DNA of 64,000 nt, from assembly GCA_976226885.1 (NCBI GenBank), contig OZ320316.1, positions 79,484,001-79,548,000 of the forward strand, written 5' to 3'. The DNA is from Iphione sp. A-MEVVRFRX5. Lineage: Eukaryota. The position numbers and the translations under genes are program-made. Below, one piece after another: positions 15,003-29,066 of the stretch. The notes beneath the pieces are model-generated. The model had not been told where the DNA came from. It did not search any database and saw nothing but the letters and a program-made list of their open reading frames with translations. Position 1 is the stretch's first letter; every line of letters starts with the position of its first letter.

Positions 15003-18000
15003 CAATTGGCCAGAGGGCTCGTAAATAGCGGATCATACATTCTTATGCATAATAGAACATAGGAAGGTCTAGGTTCACGAGAGAACTATACCAACAAGAC
15101 GAATAGTAGCGGTCTAACAACTCTTAAGGCGGCGTAGCACAAATAACGTTAGGGCAACACGTACAGTGCGCCATGTATTTCATCGCAGGGGGCTGGGCAG
15201 GCCTGGCACAAAGAGAAGGGCCCAGGTGTGGCAAGTGGAGAGCGGCTCGAGGCGGCTCAGCAGACCAGCTCGGTGGGGTTGGGTCGGCCGTATAGCCAGC
15301 CGGCCGCACACCGGAAGCAAGTGCCAGTAATTGATGGCCGGCCAGGCCCTGCCCAGGAAGTCATAACAAGACCTACCGGAAGGGAAAGACTTACTGATAG
15401 ATTCGGTCTGATTGATTTAGAGCCACCGCTTGCCGTTATTCCCGCTCTTGCACCAGTATTGGTCCTTTATATAAATAGATATGGTGCTCGCCGGGCCATT
15501 AGACGTTTACCACTGAAGTATTTCAACTGTGCTCATTTGTTTAGAAAGTCTGGTCATGTCCGAGGCATAGCTTTGGAACGGAACAAAGACGGAGACTTGG
15601 CCAAAGCGTAGATTAAAGAAGACATTTGGGTTCCACCCAGTAGACGGTGGGAAGACTAGGTCGTAACTGGGATACCACGGACCCCAGGAAATTCTATATG
15701 GTTGCTGTCCGTTGTAATTTCACCTGGCCCTTCAAAAAGACACAGCATTCTGTCAGGGAGGAGCTTTCGTTTGAAAGACAGGAAAGGCCGCTCACACCAT
15801 TTCTTTGCCTGCTTCTGCTCGTCAACGACGGAAATCTATATTTTTCACCTGTACTTCTTGAATAATGATTTTGACAGTTTAGGATCGGTTGGCGGTGATG
15901 GTCTTTCCGTCCACAAAACCAATCAACTCGTCTTCTTATTTCGCTCTTGGCTCGAGTCCCTCGTGTTTTTCCCCATAGGGCTCTGCTGTCGGTTTTTAAA
16001 TTTCTCTTTATCTGGTTCTTTGACTCTGACGCGCGTCCTTCCCTCTATCACTCTCCATCGATCACTTTTTTTTTCATGTTTTCGCGCCCCCTTTGTTGCA
16101 CACGCAGGTCGTGGGAACAAACATTGTCGATCCTCTGACTAGGGAAACATGATATTGCATAGAGGTGGTACAGATGCCTGATGCAAGCTGAATGCACTGC
16201 TGCTAAGTTCAACTCAGTACGCAATAACATTGGCAGACAATCGTTATGATCACGTATGCACACTGAGGCCAGGTACCACAGAACACCATTTTTTCCGGTT
16301 TTGTCCTTAGTCTCCCTCCTTTATCCTTTCCACTTGTGCCACTTATTTTTGGCAGGTTAGAATTGATGCAAATACACCCGAGGTATGTGGAGTCGTTCAA
16401 AAATGGCTCAGGTAGAATATTTCTCTTTGTAGATTGTTAGGAAATTTATTGCTTTAGTACAGGCAGTGGGTGGGGTAGGAAGCAATGGGTGTGGTAAGGG
16501 TGTTCCTTACTTATTCACTTCATGGTAATGAATGTCCCGCTTCAGCCTTACACCTGTATGACAGGTGCATTTCCCTATACTACTGAGGGCTATTTGTTAT
16601 GTACCATTGACAAGAGTTCCTCTGTATAGGACTTCAAGAAGGATCTGCTAAAGAAATAGCATCTCGTTGCTTTAAGTAAATGTGCAAATAAACGCCAGCT
16701 AAGTGCAGGTCAATGTAGAGCAGACACATACTTATTTCATATAAGACTATCTTGCGATATGCAAGTGTGTACGGTAGATATTAACAGTTAACAGCATCAT
16801 AGTCAAAAAGTCTAGTGAGAAAGTGCGACACGGGAATGCATACTCTCTTCCAACTAGTGAATGAACACAAATTATCTTACTTCCTGCAGCGTTGTAGTGG
16901 ACTGGAAGGCAATTGGATTCCTAATTACTTCACAATAATCCATCACGAAAGTCACACGCAAACTGGGGGAGGCTCCCTCATTGTTTAGTGAAGATGATGA
17001 AATTAACCGAAGGCCAGGACTTATTGATACCACTGTTTCCCTTAATTTTAGACAGTATACACCATCGCCGACTGTGATATATGATGGAGGTGCTTCCAAC
17101 GTTGTTGTTCTCCGTCAGATGAAACACTGGCCCTTCCCCCAGCAAGCCACATGGCCCCAATTAACGTACACTCTAGACTAATTCACTTAACCCACTATGC
17201 AAATCGCTCTGAGCATATCTAATAAAGGACCGTCTGTGGCACGCAGTTGGAGAGATATAGGGGCGTGTGTCTCCTTAGCAAAACAGGTGCACCGTTTTTT
17301 TAAACACGAAACAATTCATTGCATGAAGACGTACGTCTCCGTCTGCAGAATAAATCCATAGAAACAATGGGAACAATGCTGTTTCTCTATCCAAATGAAG
17401 ATTCGGAAAACAGCTTTTTAATCCCTTCTCATACCTCCGTTTTCAGTGGACTTTGCATTATTAAGCATATTAAGGTGATAGTATTGTCTTTGGTGCTGCA
17501 TTTATCTACAACCTGTCTTAAGCGAAAAATTGATTTCTGTCGCACCGCTTGGATAGTGGAAAGGTTGTCATGTCTACTGACTGGCACCTAAAAGCCGCCG
17601 TCATTCATCACACACGGAATGCAGGCTTTCCCGGCCAAGTCCGTCCCACGCCCTCACGAGGCAGGAAGCCCGCAGGGCTTTGATTCACGTAGTCTACATG
17701 AGAGGCCAAGCCGCTCGCGCATGCTCTCTTATTAGCCCTGCATGATTTTTGTTCAGGACTTTTTCCCGCCCCTTTACTAAAAAAATCTATGTCATTGCAT
17801 TTCATGACCACCTTTCCCTTTAGCAGTTACACAAGTTACCTTTTTTTAAAAAAAATAAAAGCTTTTACATGTACCAAATGAGATGTCTCTAATGCTCCTA
17901 CCTGAGAGCGTAACTAGAAACTGCGCTACTCATATGGGTTAATCTAAACATTTAACAGTGCTTGCATATCGGGTGAAAGCCTGCAATATCAATCATCCTC

Positions 18001-18888
18001 TGTTTTTTATCCATGCGTTCAGCGATAAAGTGTTGGATGCGGTCGGTGTACTCTGAGTGGACACCGATATAAGTAGCGTGCTGGCCGCCCTTGCCTGCTC
18101 GACCCCATTTCAGCGAGTCGAGACATCGATTTATCGAATCCCTTAAACAATTTTTACCCCGACGTCGTCCAATGTTTGATGTCTAACATACTAAATTTTC
18201 CGCCCTTTGCCGATACAGCAGTACAGCTGAAGAAAGGGACACCCTGCTCATGGTGGGGGATTGATTACACAACAGTTGCGCCACTTTTCCTAGCAGCCCA
18301 CACTACCGCAGTGGTAGATTTACCCTGATTGGTGAATCTTTTGGAGGAGATTATACCACATCACATGCAGTCGGGCTGATAAATCGTGAGCGCGCATAAA
18401 AACATGGCAATAACTCTAATCCTGCGCTCCTCCTGCGACTGCGGGCGGGAATCCTTACATTATCACCCAGCTTCATTGATAGATCCCCGTGGCCGTCGGC
18501 GATGATCCATTTGTGCAGGCGGCTGTCCCCGGCAATCTTCCTGCTATCCTCGGCAGTTCTGTGTTGGATTTCCGGTCGTTGCAGTCCATCACAGGCTTTT
18601 ATATCCGCGACTGGTCATGTGTTAATATCTGCCAGTGTCCTTCAGGGATTTCAACAAATGGCTGTAGTCGTCCAGTCCATCGTCTGGGTCAGACAGCAAT
18701 GTGTGTGTTGAGGCAATTTCTCCCGAGACGCTTGCCTCATCTATGCTTCTTCATGTCTCCTTTGCTTAACCTCTATTGCCTCTACAGTATTGTATCTGTC
18801 ACCCATATGGCCGGACCCCTTCATTCTCTCATTTAACCTTCATTACTCATCCTTCTCTAGTTATTTACTCTCCAGGTCTCTCCGTTTG

Positions 18889-18975
18889 TTCTTCTTCTTC
18901 TTCTTCTTCTTCTTCTTCTTCTTTCTTCTTCTTCTTCTTCTTCTTCTTCTTCATCTTCCTCTTTTTCTTCTTCTT
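18889..18975. repeat. (TTC)n microsatellite
   Basis: More than 20 TTC units with one extra T and a degenerate 3' end. Confidence 0.97.
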
Positions 18976-21900
18976 TCCCTGCTGCTTTTATAGCTTTTGA
19001 TTCGTTAATGCGATATATTTTCTTTTTTAAAATTTAATTTATAGCATTTAGTTCCTAAGATCTCACACTACGTCTAAATATATTATTGTACTATTGTGTA
19101 GGCGTCAACATGAGGAATGTGATAGCATATTCCTCCAGGGTGATTTATTAACTGTCATCATGTCATGGAATGGATGTGTCTCGGAGAGGAAAGAAGCAAA
19201 ATGATCTCGTGTATCGTTTCGTATAGCAGCTTTCATTGATATAATTGCTTGTACCTTTAATTTCATGTGTTGGGCTTTCTTATTAGATGGACTGGAGACA
19301 TTATTGCAGCCGAAGTCTACCTCTAGTTTGTACCAGAACATGCTTCCTAATTGACAGGGTCCGTTTTCAACAATGATTGATATCTTGTCCAACAGCGTAT
19401 GTTTTATATATGCGCAATCATACGGTGACTTGACGCAAAGGGCAATTAGTGCGGGTAGAGTCGAATATGGTAAAATACCGACTCGTTGATGTCGGGGGCC
19501 TGTAGCGCGCAAGCCGGCCCTGATTTATCCGCATGTCGACGTGCCTGTGGTGACCGATGCTTGGCAGGCCGGCCATGGCGCGCCGCTGACGTGGGCGTAG
19601 GCATCATTCGTTTTATAATGTGTCAGGGCCATGTTAGCAAATGGTACCTTCCTGAGCGTGACATACCCACGGGTTGACGTCTGCCTACAGTCCCGGAGAC
19701 AATATTTGCACGAGGTACCGCGGCACCTCGGAGTCCGCTAACAGCTCGTAACAACCCTTACTGGAGGACACAGTTTAGTAGCATTTGGCTGCTGAAATCT
19801 GTTCAGTCCATGCTGCAATTTAGAACTTTAATCTAACCTAAAATGTGGTGAAGATCTTCGGTTGTTACATCAACAAACTCATTTTACTTGTATAATACCT
19901 TTTTATCGATGAAGTAATGCGTGCGATATAGTGGCAGCAAACGTTGCAATGAATTGTTCAGTTCCGTATTATTAGAGATGCGTCTAATCCAATTAGGAAT
20001 CCTGAGCATGATTGTTTTTCAAAACAATGTAATTTCTGGTGAGAACAATGCTAATTTTAATGGTTTCCTCTTCGGCCAGCTTGTAACAAAATGCAAATGT
20101 ACTAGCTTCCAAATATCAACCCAAAACAGCAGCATATTTTGTTTTGTAGTGTCATTTCTAGTGCGACATGATTAAATTGCTGCATAGTAAAAACTACTTC
20201 TACCAATGAATTGCCCCAGCGACACCTGTGGATGCAGGTGAATACTAGCTTGCACAGTACATGTATATGTTTGTGCAGAACTATACCATACCAGCCCTAA
20301 ATAACCCACCTTTTTACAGATGCATAAATGAACAGCTTCGGCATAATTATGTTTCCTAATTACTAAAATATTCAACGCTGTCGAGCAATGTTAAGTCTAG
20401 CGGTATGTACTAGAAAGCAGGTGTGTTTGAGGTCGGTCGACACACGAATGGTGTGCTGGATTGACCGATGGGATGTAAAGTTAACACAGGGTACATTTTG
20501 TGGCCGTCTGTGGGCATGTTTTCAACTTTTCAATGTATTTCCAGAAGGGCCTAGGCCCCTGCACGAAACCTTCGTTAAGACATAAAAACATTTAAGTGAC
20601 GCTAAAATTAATATCAAATTAGCCAGAAATACAAGAAAATGGTTCACTTATGCGTCAGACGTTTTATCCGGACTTATCGGGCGATGACCTTGTGTCTTTT
20701 CTTAAAATCTTGATTGAAGTCATTTTAAAGATAGTTATTACAATTAACATTTATGTTAAATCAATTTTTAACATTCAACATGGTCTTTGCATAATAATAT
20801 AATTTAATCTTCTGCACTCTTTGAAAAAAAACAGCTTTTGAGGCAAATCCTCCTCTGATCTCTTCTTCCATTCCAGCCGCCACTGCAGTTAGAGGACCTC
20901 CCTCTTTTTGGGAGGCATCCATTGCTCCGGCATTCTAGGTTTTATCCGGACAAGCAGGGACCTCTTGACAATAACACTGTTTTAAATGTAGAGATTGGAT
21001 GTCTGATTCTTCCGCTTCCTCTGTCCGTACATTTGCACTCTCTGTTTTCTCACTCCTTTGCAATATGCATGTTAGGGTATACATGCATAGGATGAAATTA
21101 GACAATAAATAGGAATTTTGAATTGTACCTTGGATATTGCGTGAATATCATACTGACTGTTCCTTAAACCTTGATCATTTTATGCCATAATCGTGTGCTT
21201 GATGTAGGTAAGAACCCTTGCAAGTAATAAATACTTCAATACTTCCCATGTGAGAGGAAATAGAGAAGCATACATTAAACAGGTGATGTTTCGAGAAGTT
21301 CGTTTTATTTTGACACTACGATTACTTTTTCTCACCCCAAGATAAGGAATGGAATGGTACACGGTCTTATAATTTCCTGTGAAAGTATACTGTTTCTGAT
21401 GCCGTAGTACAGGATTATATTGACATCAACGCTCTTCTAAACATGGTGGCGGGCAGCGAACTGTTGGTTCCTGTCTGGGACAGCTTAGCCGGAATCCGGC
21501 CTCCCCGCCCCTCTCCACTTCCTCCCTTTCCAGGCGGCGAGGACGGCTGCGGTAGCCTCAGCGAGCAATCGGGTCGAATAATTGAAAAGTGGAACCAGAA
21601 CTGCGAACTCGTGTTTGCTCACCGATATGGGATACAGACTGTGACGGCCGTTCAGACCCCATTAGCATGTCATCTAAAAGAGTCCATTGGCTCCCTCGTC
21701 CTTCCAACAATTCCTTCACTGGTGCTGTCCCAAGGTGAACTGCAACTGATTTGCTTCTTGAGAGGCATTAAGAACAGCACTAATTATGAAATAAAAGGAC
21801 GTATCTTTCAAGTGGTACATATTCAAAGATGATTGCACCAGAGGTGTATTGTTTCCAGTGTATCTGGTATACGTTTACTGCGGTATATAGGGGCGTCATG

Positions 21901-23059
21901 ATCGCTGGTGAACCGGGCCCTCAACCTCGTCTGCCTCCTAGTCGTGTGCCTGCGATTCATCACTGGCTCGCTGGTCTCAGACATCACACGGCGGGGCAAA
22001 TTAAATCAACGCCGGTCACAGCCGGCTTAATATCACCCAATGCTGGTGCGCTTCCTTAACTTCACAAAGATGGCCAGCGCCATGCATCAAACCGGCACCC
22101 CTTTCAGGAGCGCAATGTTTTCACTGCACAGCCTTTGAGTGGCCGCAGATCTTATCACTTTATCAGAGATGACGAGTGAAGATAGCATATTGTCAGCGCC
22201 AGCAGCCAATCGGAATCCTACGCTGCTGAGAGCCGGCATATTGGATCCACCATAATTCAGCACAGGCATAAGAGCTGAAATTAGTGGTGGCGGCCCTTAT
22301 AGCACCTTGCTGTGATGACTTTGGCGCCTCGCTGCCAACTCGACTCACCCGCCGCGCAAAGCGTCTGCTGCCAATTGCAGATAAACCTGGGTCATGTGCC
22401 GGCAGAGACGCCACGTCACCGACTTCGGGTGGCTGCCGGCAATGGCGACCGCCCTCGCCTCCCTCGAGAACCCCGAAAAAGTACACCGTGGGGAAATTCA
22501 CAACTTACCGTCAGGCGGTGGTGGCCTGGGTATTTGGCCCTATTGAACTGTGGGGTGCACGACCACTGGAACGGGACCTTTAAGCAAGTTGAGGTTGGAG
22601 ACCCAATTTATAACATGCCATCTGACAAGACTTGCTAGATGGCCTGTTACCAAATGAGACAGGCTCAAAATACATGCAACTTCACCGTTCTTGTCTTATT
22701 AAATATGGTATTGTCCTTAATTCATTTGATTATAGATCTAAAATATTACCCATAATTGATATGGTACAGGTGAAGTAGATACATCGAGAGTATTTTTCCC
22801 CAGGTAGGTGTGTAAATAATTAAGCCAGAGAGAAATGATTATTTGCAAAGTGGGCGTGTTAATTGGGGACGTTTTCTCTTCTTGAAATTGAAGGGTAATT
22901 AATAAGGAGACTAGCTGCGATCACCATTGGTTCAGTGAGGGATTGAAGACTTTAACACCTGACGTGCCCGTACCATCCTCACGTACAAGCAGTTTAATCA
23001 TGTCAGACGTTCTAGGAATCAATTATATACGAAATAATTAGTTCCTCACACATGACCGA

Positions 23060-23092
23060 ATATATATATAGATAGATAGATAGATAGATAGA
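23060..23092. repeat. Compound (AT)n-(AGAT)n microsatellite
   Basis: atatatatata followed by gatagatagatagatagataga. Confidence 0.9.
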
Positions 23093-24211
23093 AAGGCCTC
23101 CAAGGGGTTTGGTTTTAGCACGTCCTTTAGTGTCAGAGAAAAGCAACTTTCCGTCCACGGCATCATCATCCAGGTACTTCTTCCACTAGGGTTCATCAGA
23201 TTACAAATTACCTGCATAATGTAAGGATATATGTCCCGGCTGCCGGAACCCGTCATTGGGGGAAAAGGACGAAAAATAAGAGTGGGTAAAAACACTGTTG
23301 GCAGCTGAAAGGTTGATGATACTCTGATGGCCCATTTGGTATCGTGAAGAGACGGTCTTGGCAAAATAGTGAAGGCGACTAAAAGCTCTCGCCAGCGGCT
23401 GCCACGGCAACCGGAATGCAGCGCTGATGGCCCATGTCCAATGAAAGCTGATCCAAGGTCGTGATTGGGACTAAATTGGTGCATTTTTGTGTGTGCACCA
23501 AGACAGGCCGGCAAAAAGAAGTCTGTCCGAGGAATGGGTCCTCTCCGTGCGCGTTGACTGTGTCGTTTTGGAGACGAGAGCAGTAATGTGCCAGTGGACC
23601 TGGAGCAAGAGGAGCTCTGGGCTTGCTGAAAAGACTGGAGAAAGGGGCAAGTGCTCGCGGACTCGAGTGAACGAGACGCTGATATTAACAGAGGCACTAT
23701 GGCAACCTTTCGTATCAGATGCCCGTTTTAGCTGTGTGTTCCTTTTACCAATAACATAATGTACACATAAATGTAATTGGTGCCAGTACAAGCGTGTCAC
23801 TACACACCTAAGCCAACTGAGGTGATGATAATACACAAATCTGACCTCCTGTTTGTACTTCTAGTATTTACTAAGTCCTTCTACCAGCTGAACACCAAAC
23901 CTTCACGCGATGTCCTGTCCCACTGATCAGACACCCCTATCGCTTTTCTACGAAACCCTCATACATGTATTTCATTGTCAGCAAGTGATTTAGAACGGTG
24001 AGAAGACCTGTGGACAATTGACACAAAGACAAATGACTCACTCTCCGTCTCTAAATTGCTATCTCCATGTATGCAAAACTTCTGCACCCGCGACTCTGTG
24101 CATGGACTTTGGAAGGACCACTCCAAGCAGTTAAAATACAATTATTCCCATGTGTACGGAAAAACCATACCTGCCACCACGTTTGCGCAAGGTGATCGCT
24201 TGTTGTCCAGT

Positions 24212-24506
24212 CTGCCTGGACCCCGCCACCTCAAGCAGCTGGGAATTAGGCAAAAAACAGGCAAATAGACATGAAGGAAGCCAAATATCAGGCAAACTCG
24301 GCGAAAACGGGCGAACTTGCTAAAACTCAGGCAAATCGGCTGGAAAATGGCAAAATTCAGGCAAATTTGCCCGAAAAACAGCAAAAACTTGAGAAAATTG
24401 GCCAAAAAATGGCAAATTTTGCCTGAAACCTGGCAATACAGGCAGTGCATATTTCACATGTACATGGGGATAAGCCTCGCATGAGGTGGCAGGGAGGTCA
24501 GAGCAG
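24212..24506. mobile_element. Putative ~295-bp MITE with imperfect TIRs and an internal degenerate GGCAAA minisatellite
   Basis: The left arm CTGCCTGGACCCCGCCACCTCA (24212-24233) resembles the reverse complement of 24482-24506 (CTGCTCTGACCTCCCTGCCACCTCA), with a 9-bp exact core GCCACCTCA. The interior (24248-24445) consists of repeated (A)GGCAAA(A/T) units. No clear TSD; superfamily unassigned. Confidence 0.5.
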
Positions 24507-27500
24507 TCCATACCACGCACCAAGTGGCATGCGGATAATTCAAGTGCATGGGGATAGTGCTTAACCTTTTGTATGTAGAACCTTGATACTCATAGATATA
24601 GATGGCATGTTGATATGTGTTGTAAAGAAAGGTGACGTACTGAACAGTTATTTACTGAGATACTGCGAGTTTAATCTTTACTGTGAAAATTTCTGGTATA
24701 ATTTCATGGTGTTTGATGCCAAGGAAAATGTTTTCTCAACTTTTGCATCTCTCGGTAAATAGCTATGCTTGAGATGAATGTAGGTGCTGAAAGACCAAAT
24801 CATTACCTTCCATTCCATAGTAAACCCATATTATTGGTCTGTTTTCTGTGAAGGTGTGATTGGAATACACTGACACTTGTAGTGGGACATGTAATAAGGC
24901 ATGGGTTGGATCATATGGTAGTCCAGGTAAACTGTGTTTGCGCTGTGGTTATTTAATGGATACCTTCGAAACTTTGCACTCGAAATCTAGTCTATGTAAA
25001 TTTTTATTTAATTATGTATTAAATATCATTCTTTTGCTTTTATTAGTTTTGCGTTGCTGTCCCTTCAGTGTGAAAACGCATGAGGACGCACTGACCCAAA
25101 TACAGTATATATTTATTTCCTATACAATTTATATCATGTATCTTTATCTGTAAGGTTTAAAATATAACTGTTCCTACCTGCATGATATTACTGTAAACAC
25201 TCATCGGTCAATTAGCTTGTAGACGTTCTTTAAATAGAAAACTAAAGTTACCACTAGATGTAACTATAGTGCTTCTTGTCAGTCCTCCAGCAAAGATGTA
25301 GTTAGATATCCCATATTTGGGATGCGAAAGAAATAATCTTCACAACCACCTGGACCAAAACACGACACACATTCAGAGCAGTCCTCCAAGAAAATCTGCT
25401 TGTCCACGACAGTGCATGTATATTCATTGGTTAGCAAGAAGTGACAGGGCTCGGCGCGCCGGTTAGGCGGGTGGAATCCGAGAAGCCTGGCTTGTAGCTG
25501 GCTTGCCGTAGCATTGGGAGAGGGCGAGCGTCTCTGGTGAGACAACATTGTGGCTGTGTTGGCTGTTGCGACCCTCCCCGGTGGTGTACGCGCCTCTTGT
25601 GTCATTATTTCAGGTTGTGATTGATCCGAATTTGAGGAGCACATCCGGATGGATCATCATAATCCCCTGTATAGACATTGCCGAAATGGTCACCTTGCGC
25701 CTTGATGATGAATGACAGCTAAATTGATTCAAAGTATCTCTGCGGCAGGCAGTTTCCGATTACGGTGGGCATTGTCAGCCTTTGTTTGGAGGGCGGTCTT
25801 AAAGTGTATGGGAAGCCGCCGAACAGTGAAACAGAGCGGTTGTGCGGCTTAGGAAAAAGGGAAAATCTCGCAAAGCAAAGGGAGCGCAAGAGATACAAGG
25901 GAGATTTGCATGTTGTGTATCGCATATATTAGTTTCTTTGTACAACAGACGGGTAATCAAACGTCATTTAGTAGGGACCTTAGCTTTCAATGCGAATCTG
26001 CTCTTCTCTCTTCGTTTCGCGTAGAATTTCCTCCCGGGATATTCGACAATTATAAATAGAAGACAGTGTTTGTCCTCATTGAATAAGATCAGTAACCACC
26101 ATGAAACTACTCAGAGAAAATAAGCACGACTGTCAGTGTTTTTCCCTCGGCTACCCCATCCAATTGCAGGCGCCCCAAAGACCTTCCCAGTAAAGTTATC
26201 CTGCCGGCCAGGATATCAATAATCATGGATGGACAGCAAGAAAGATTAAAATGGCGTTATTACCTGGCGGTCTGCAGCCAATATTCGCTCTTCATGTGTA
26301 CCCCGTCCCACCGTGCATGAGCAGTACTGGTCAGATCGAGTTACCAATTGACATTTAGCCACACCGGCCGTTTGGGAGAAGATAAGTTTTCACCGAGGCC
26401 TGGGAATATTGTCTTCATAAGGTGCAAAACTCAGTGCCATTATTTCCGAACGAAATACAATGCCTTTCCTGTTGACGTCACTCTATTTAAAACCAGTCCC
26501 AAAATGGGGAATGAGAAAAGGACAGCGTGCCCAAATAAGGAGAATCAGTCTCATGCATCCAAAAAATGTTTCTGCCAAAGTATTTATTTCGGTGTTCTTA
26601 CACAAAAAGTTGATTAAACTAGCACCAGTTTAAGCTGTTCCCAAACGTGGCGTTCAATTTTCGTCAGGGATACGGAAGATAGAGTAGCTATTTTTCTCTG
26701 TCCGTAAGGAAGTGGAAGTTAGTCATCCATGTTAATGTTGCTTAGGAGACGAGTCCCACTCAGTGTACTGTATTTGAAATCTAGGAAATCGGACAAGCGA
26801 AGGGTGGGTGGGCGACTTCTGTAGAGGGCCGGTGGATGGTCACAGAAAATGCGATCGATTAGCTGTCCGGTGTATGTTGTCGGTCATGTATCAAAACGTG
26901 ATCACTTATTCATCATCACCACATCCGCGCAAGAGCCTGAAGAAACAGACACGGGTCAGAAGGGGCGCTTGCATGTCACATGTCCATCGTAGAGGGTACG
27001 GCGCCCTTGCACTGCTTGTGGGATGAGTGTTGGGGCCCTAACACAGAGAGAGCAGAGGAGTGAAGCAGGAATATAGATGGCCGCCGTGCCTAGCGAGATT
27101 TTCAGGGTTTTGGCAGTCAGTGGAGGTATCCGCGAACCAGGCGATCCCCCTGCTGCCAGTGACATCAAAGGAGATGACCCTGGTTGACCTTCTTATCAAA
27201 AAGCCACCGCAGAAACCAACCTGTCCCCACCAATTACAGCAACTGCAGAATTTCAGCGCGCTTGTATATTGAAGAGAGGAGCCATTATTGACAAGATTAG
27301 GGAAATGTTCGATACAAGAAATGGAACAGATATAGTAGCCAAGCAGCATTATTTCTCTCGAGTAGAACAAGATGTGGGTACATGTATACATGTCTTCATG
27401 TTTTTGACGGAGTAAAATATCTGAATCCAAAGTTCATAGATGAAACGTGTGAACCTATAATTCAAACGTTGTAAAGCATCCCAGTTGTTACATAAATAGT

Positions 27501-27845
27501 GGTCTTCGTTCTGGGACCAGGATACCGTAAAACTTTCGTTTAAGTAACAGTAAATCCATAGTTTAATTTAGTGGCAATCACTTCTTTACTGTTTAAAGTA
27601 CAAACGGATACATGCATAATTATGCCCGTGCCATGAGTGGGTAGACACAGTGTTGGCAGAAAAGAGGCAAAACACAGCACAGTCGGGTAGTGCACGCTGC
27701 TGTTCATCGCAGGTGCTTCACGGATGCTAGTCAATATTACATTAAAAACCGTGGATGCAACTTCCTGCCTTAGTGATCAGTTCATATGTGACACATAGGT
27801 AAAAAGGAAGATAAGGAATGTCCTCTTAGCCCATTGCCTTTATAA

Positions 27846-29066
27846 CCCCTTCAGGACCAAGAAAATTGAAAAGGTTTTTCACACCTGAAACTGTACTAAG
27901 TCCCCCTTTCTATATATACATATTTTTTTCCATACTCCATGTACATGTGTATGGGGAAAATGATCTAAGGCGTTCTGCCTGAGGCTTACCCGTGTGTCCA
28001 GGTTCCATGGTATGGGCTCCATGTGTGGAGACAGAAAATGGCCCTGCACCATAAATTTACACATTTTCCAGACTCTGACTACCCAAAGGGACCAGCAGAA
28101 TAGAGATATGGGGGTTTTCAGCCAGATAGACATTGTCTATCATATGATGAGATGATGTGAAAAATATTCTAATTTGCATATAATTTGCAAAAATACTGTA
28201 GGATTCTGTCTGTCTGTCTCTCTGTCGCTGTCTCTCCCGCACATGCACATAGAAAGAACCTCCCCAAAGAGGTCTGGACGGGTCCGGAAAATTGGCTAAA
28301 ATTTCTGCAAGACCAAATACAAAAAAAATCTAGACACATGGACAGCACGCCTAAGACACATATCAGTCAGGGGGCTTCAGTTTGCTTTGGATGTGGGCAT
28401 ATCATACATTAATTTAAAGGTTAGGAATTCTACTTCACTTTGATATTGTTCTGTTGTTGCTATTGGGGGTGCTATGCCAACTAGACAAAATCAAACAGAT
28501 TATGTTATGCATGAAATGTCACCCAATTTTGCACTGATTTGCAAAAAAAGGTACAGAAACAGGGTAAAAAGCAGGGTTTTTTTATGGAAAAATGTCCAAT
28601 TTTAAAAGTGTTCAAGAAGTGTTTTCCCACATTTACAACAGCATCAGCAATGACATCATTGACATAGATTATATTTAAACATGTATTATAAAATAGGTAA
28701 TTATAGATCACATTTTCACTATCATCTTCAGTGAGCAGTAGAAATGCTTGAAATATACCCTCAAGATAAATTCTCAAACACAAATGCATTAGTTTAGATG
28801 ATTTGTTAGGCGTATATCCATGAACATACATGGAAATATTTACATCCATGGTCATATTTATGCTATTCACACAGGTCATGTGACTGGTTCTCCATGATAA
28901 CTTGATGTATTTTGGAGAATTTCAAGTTTTCATAGGTGCCTTTTAATATTATCCAAACATTCTCCTAGAATAAAAGAAATCTGTGAATTTATAAATATCT
29001 AACTTCAAGGTTGAAAATTATGGAACATATGTATGCCTGATAAGCCTATAGGTAGACCTTAAAGGG
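27846..29066 (+). mobile_element. Non-autonomous piggyBac-like DNA transposon (~1.22 kb)
   Basis: Starts ATAA|CCCCTTCAGGACC and ends GGTAGACCTTAAAGGG|TTAA. These are CCC...GGG termini with a TTAA-like duplication (one mismatch on the left), as established for piggyBac. The TIR is imperfect. The interior is AT-rich and CpG-poor, with a (CTGT)n tract at ~28206-28236 and no transposase ORF. A related fragment lies at 1100-1440. Confidence 0.65.

Noticed and set aside
14428-15036. Cluster of overlapping ORFs (164, 114, 81, 75, 73 aa)
   Set aside because: The open frames are explained by G-rich and (GA)n low-complexity sequence lacking stops.
18776-19000. Poly-Ser/Phe/Leu ORFs
   Set aside because: Translations of the (TTC)n microsatellite.
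23038-23697. Longest ORF in the window (219 aa, minus strand)
   Set aside because: No recognisable motif, Ser/Pro/Arg-rich composition typical of non-coding frames, and it runs through the (AGAT)n/(AT)n microsatellite.
27255-27420. RACILKRGAIIDKIREMF, vaguely like an RTE-X-type C-terminal region
   Set aside because: The downstream conserved residues are absent and no other RT motifs are nearby.
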